Assembly (NCBI GenBank): GCA_016839545.1
Contig: JAEOUB010000124.1
Span: 1 to 5,171 of the forward strand
Direction: 5' to 3'
Origin: Candidatus Kariarchaeota archaeon
Lineage (GTDB): Archaea > Asgardarchaeota > Heimdallarchaeia > Heimdallarchaeales > Kariarchaeaceae
Length of the DNA: 5,171 nucleotides
The position numbers and the translations under genes are program-made. The notes beneath the pieces were generated by a model that worked only from the letters and a program-made list of their open reading frames with translations, was not told the origin of the DNA and did not search any database. Within the stretch, counting starts at the first letter, position 1. Every line of letters begins with the position of its first letter. Shown here piece after piece: positions 4,158-5,171 of this stretch.

Positions 4158-4231
4158 GCAAACTACTGATTTTGTAGAGAAAAGGCGAAGAAAAATCGAA
4201 ATTCACAAGGCAAACTCTCTCAAAGTAAGTC

Positions 4232-4239
4232 TTTTTTAA
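4232..4239 (+). promoter_or_regulatory. Candidate TATA box (TTTTTTAA) for cdc48
   Basis: About 54 nt upstream of the ATG at 4290. It would give a 5' UTR of about 25-30 nt containing GAGGT (4278-4282) 7 nt before the start. Confidence 0.3.
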
Positions 4240-4289
4240 GGGTGAAGACTCCATGTAATGTAGTACCTTGAGGTCTAGAGGTCAATTGT

Positions 4290-5171
4290 ATGAGCGCAGC
4301 AGATGAAAAGTTACCCCCCAGCGATCGTCCTGAAGTCGAACTCAGAGTAGCCGAAGCAAAGAATCGAGATGTGATTCGAGGGAAAATCCGGCTTGACAAT
4401 GATGCCATGAAGGAAATCGGTATCTCCACAGGTGAAATTGTAGAGATTGAGGGTAAACGCATCACAGCTGCTGTTGCCTGGCCTGCATACCCCGAAGACC
4501 TGAAGAGGAACATTATCCGGATGGACTCTGTTATTCGAAAGAATGCAGGAGTTTCACTCAGTGAGAAGGTAAAGGTACGAAGAGCAAAGGTTGAGAAAGC
4601 AACACATGTTGTATTTGCACCTGCTCAACTCAATGTCTCACTAGAATTCGGATTTGAGAGTTTTGTTAAGAGAAAACTGTTGGGATATCCCCTCACACCC
4701 AATGATACGGTAATGATACCAGTATTGGGAAGAGCAAACCCCTTTGTGGTTGCATCCAGCAAACCAGAAGGAATAGTTCTAGTCACTGATGACACAAAGC
4801 TAGAGGTCACAGATCAACCTATCAAGGAGATCAACGCCAAAACCACAATTAGCTACGAGGATATTGGAGGTATAGATGGCGTTATCACCAAACTCCGAGA
4901 GATGGTTGAGTTACCACTTCGACACCCAATTCTCTTTGAGAAATTGGGTATAGATCCTCCCAAAGGAGTACTCCTCCATGGTCCCCCTGGAGTCGGAAAA
5001 ACATTGCTTGCACGTGCTGTGGCCAATGAAACCAGTGCCCACTTCATAACCATCAATGGACCTGAAATCATGTCCAAATACTACGGTGAAAGTGAGCAGA
5101 CACTCCGCTCCATATTCAGAGAGGCTGAGGAGAAATCACCATCGATAATATTCATCGATGAGATTGATGCA
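4290..5171 (+). CDS. cdc48: CDC48/VCP/VAT-type AAA+ ATPase, 5' partial (N-domain plus start of D1; continues past the window end)
   Basis: My own translation from ATG 4290 gives 294 stop-free codons to the window end, with an in-frame TGA at 4269-4271 just upstream. The product begins [70 protein letters not shown]..., a CDC48 double-psi-barrel N-domain. It continues ...[61 protein letters not shown] (Walker A at 4980-5003) ...[12 protein letters not shown] (Walker B). It is absent from the ORF track only because it lacks a stop in the window. Confidence 0.92.
   Translation, partial: MSAADEKLPPSDRPEVELRVAEAKNRDVIRGKIRLDNDAMKEIGISTGEIVEIEGKRITAAVAWPAYPEDLKRNIIRMDSVIRKNAGVSLSEKVKVRRAKVEKATHVVFAPAQLNVSLEFGFESFVKRKLLGYPLTPNDTVMIPVLGRANPFVVASSKPEGIVLVTDDTKLEVTDQPIKEINAKTTISYEDIGGIDGVITKLREMVELPLRHPILFEKLGIDPPKGVLLHGPPGVGKTLLARAVANETSAHFITINGPEIMSKYYGESEQTLRSIFREAEEKSPSIIFIDEIDA

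Noticed and set aside
4220-5077. Minus-strand ORFs 4220-4513, 4625-4810 and 4853-5077
   Set aside because: They lie antisense to the open-ended plus-strand reading frame, which encodes an unmistakable CDC48 N-domain plus Walker A and B motifs. Ser/Thr/Leu-rich shadow translations are typical of the antisense frame.
1-5171. CRISPR arrays, transposase/IS ends, integrase or other mobile-element signatures, and CTAG/GATC depletion as a clue to methyltransferase specificity
   Set aside because: I saw no spaced direct repeats, terminal inverted repeats or transposase-like ORFs. My rough by-eye tetranucleotide counts in 5 kb are too small and imprecise to support any avoidance claim.

Overview
This is an archaeal-looking chromosomal segment: A/T-rich TATA-type promoter boxes about 24-26 nt upstream of several start codons, an archaeal-type PPAT, a CDC48/VAT ATPase and a bulge-helix-bulge RNA motif. 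A minus-strand cluster at 72-1940 encodes PPAT, then a small SPOUT-like protein, then a beta-class SPPY DNA methyltransferase with no partner nuclease visible. The remaining genes are a hypothetical membrane-anchored protein (2362-2892, +), a stand-alone Lrp/AsnC ligand-binding-domain protein (2885-3115, -), a YkgJ-type Cys-rich protein (3195-3722, -), a YciI-like protein (3849-4157, +) and the 5' 294 codons of a CDC48/VAT AAA+ ATPase (4290-5171, +). That last ORF runs off the window and is missing from the ORF track. The main finding lies in the 1941-2361 intergenic region, which holds a complete 5S rRNA encoded in circularly permuted order. The 3' part (2136-2201) sits upstream of the 5' part (2208-2255), and the normal termini of helix I are joined by a 6-nt loop. 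Leader and trailer fold into a textbook helix-bulge-helix-bulge-helix (BHB) splicing-endonuclease motif. Its predicted cut sites bracket exactly 120 nt, and ligating that fragment would rebuild a canonical 5S fold. I know of no described permuted 5S rRNA gene. All functional statements are sequence-based inference and need RNA-level confirmation.
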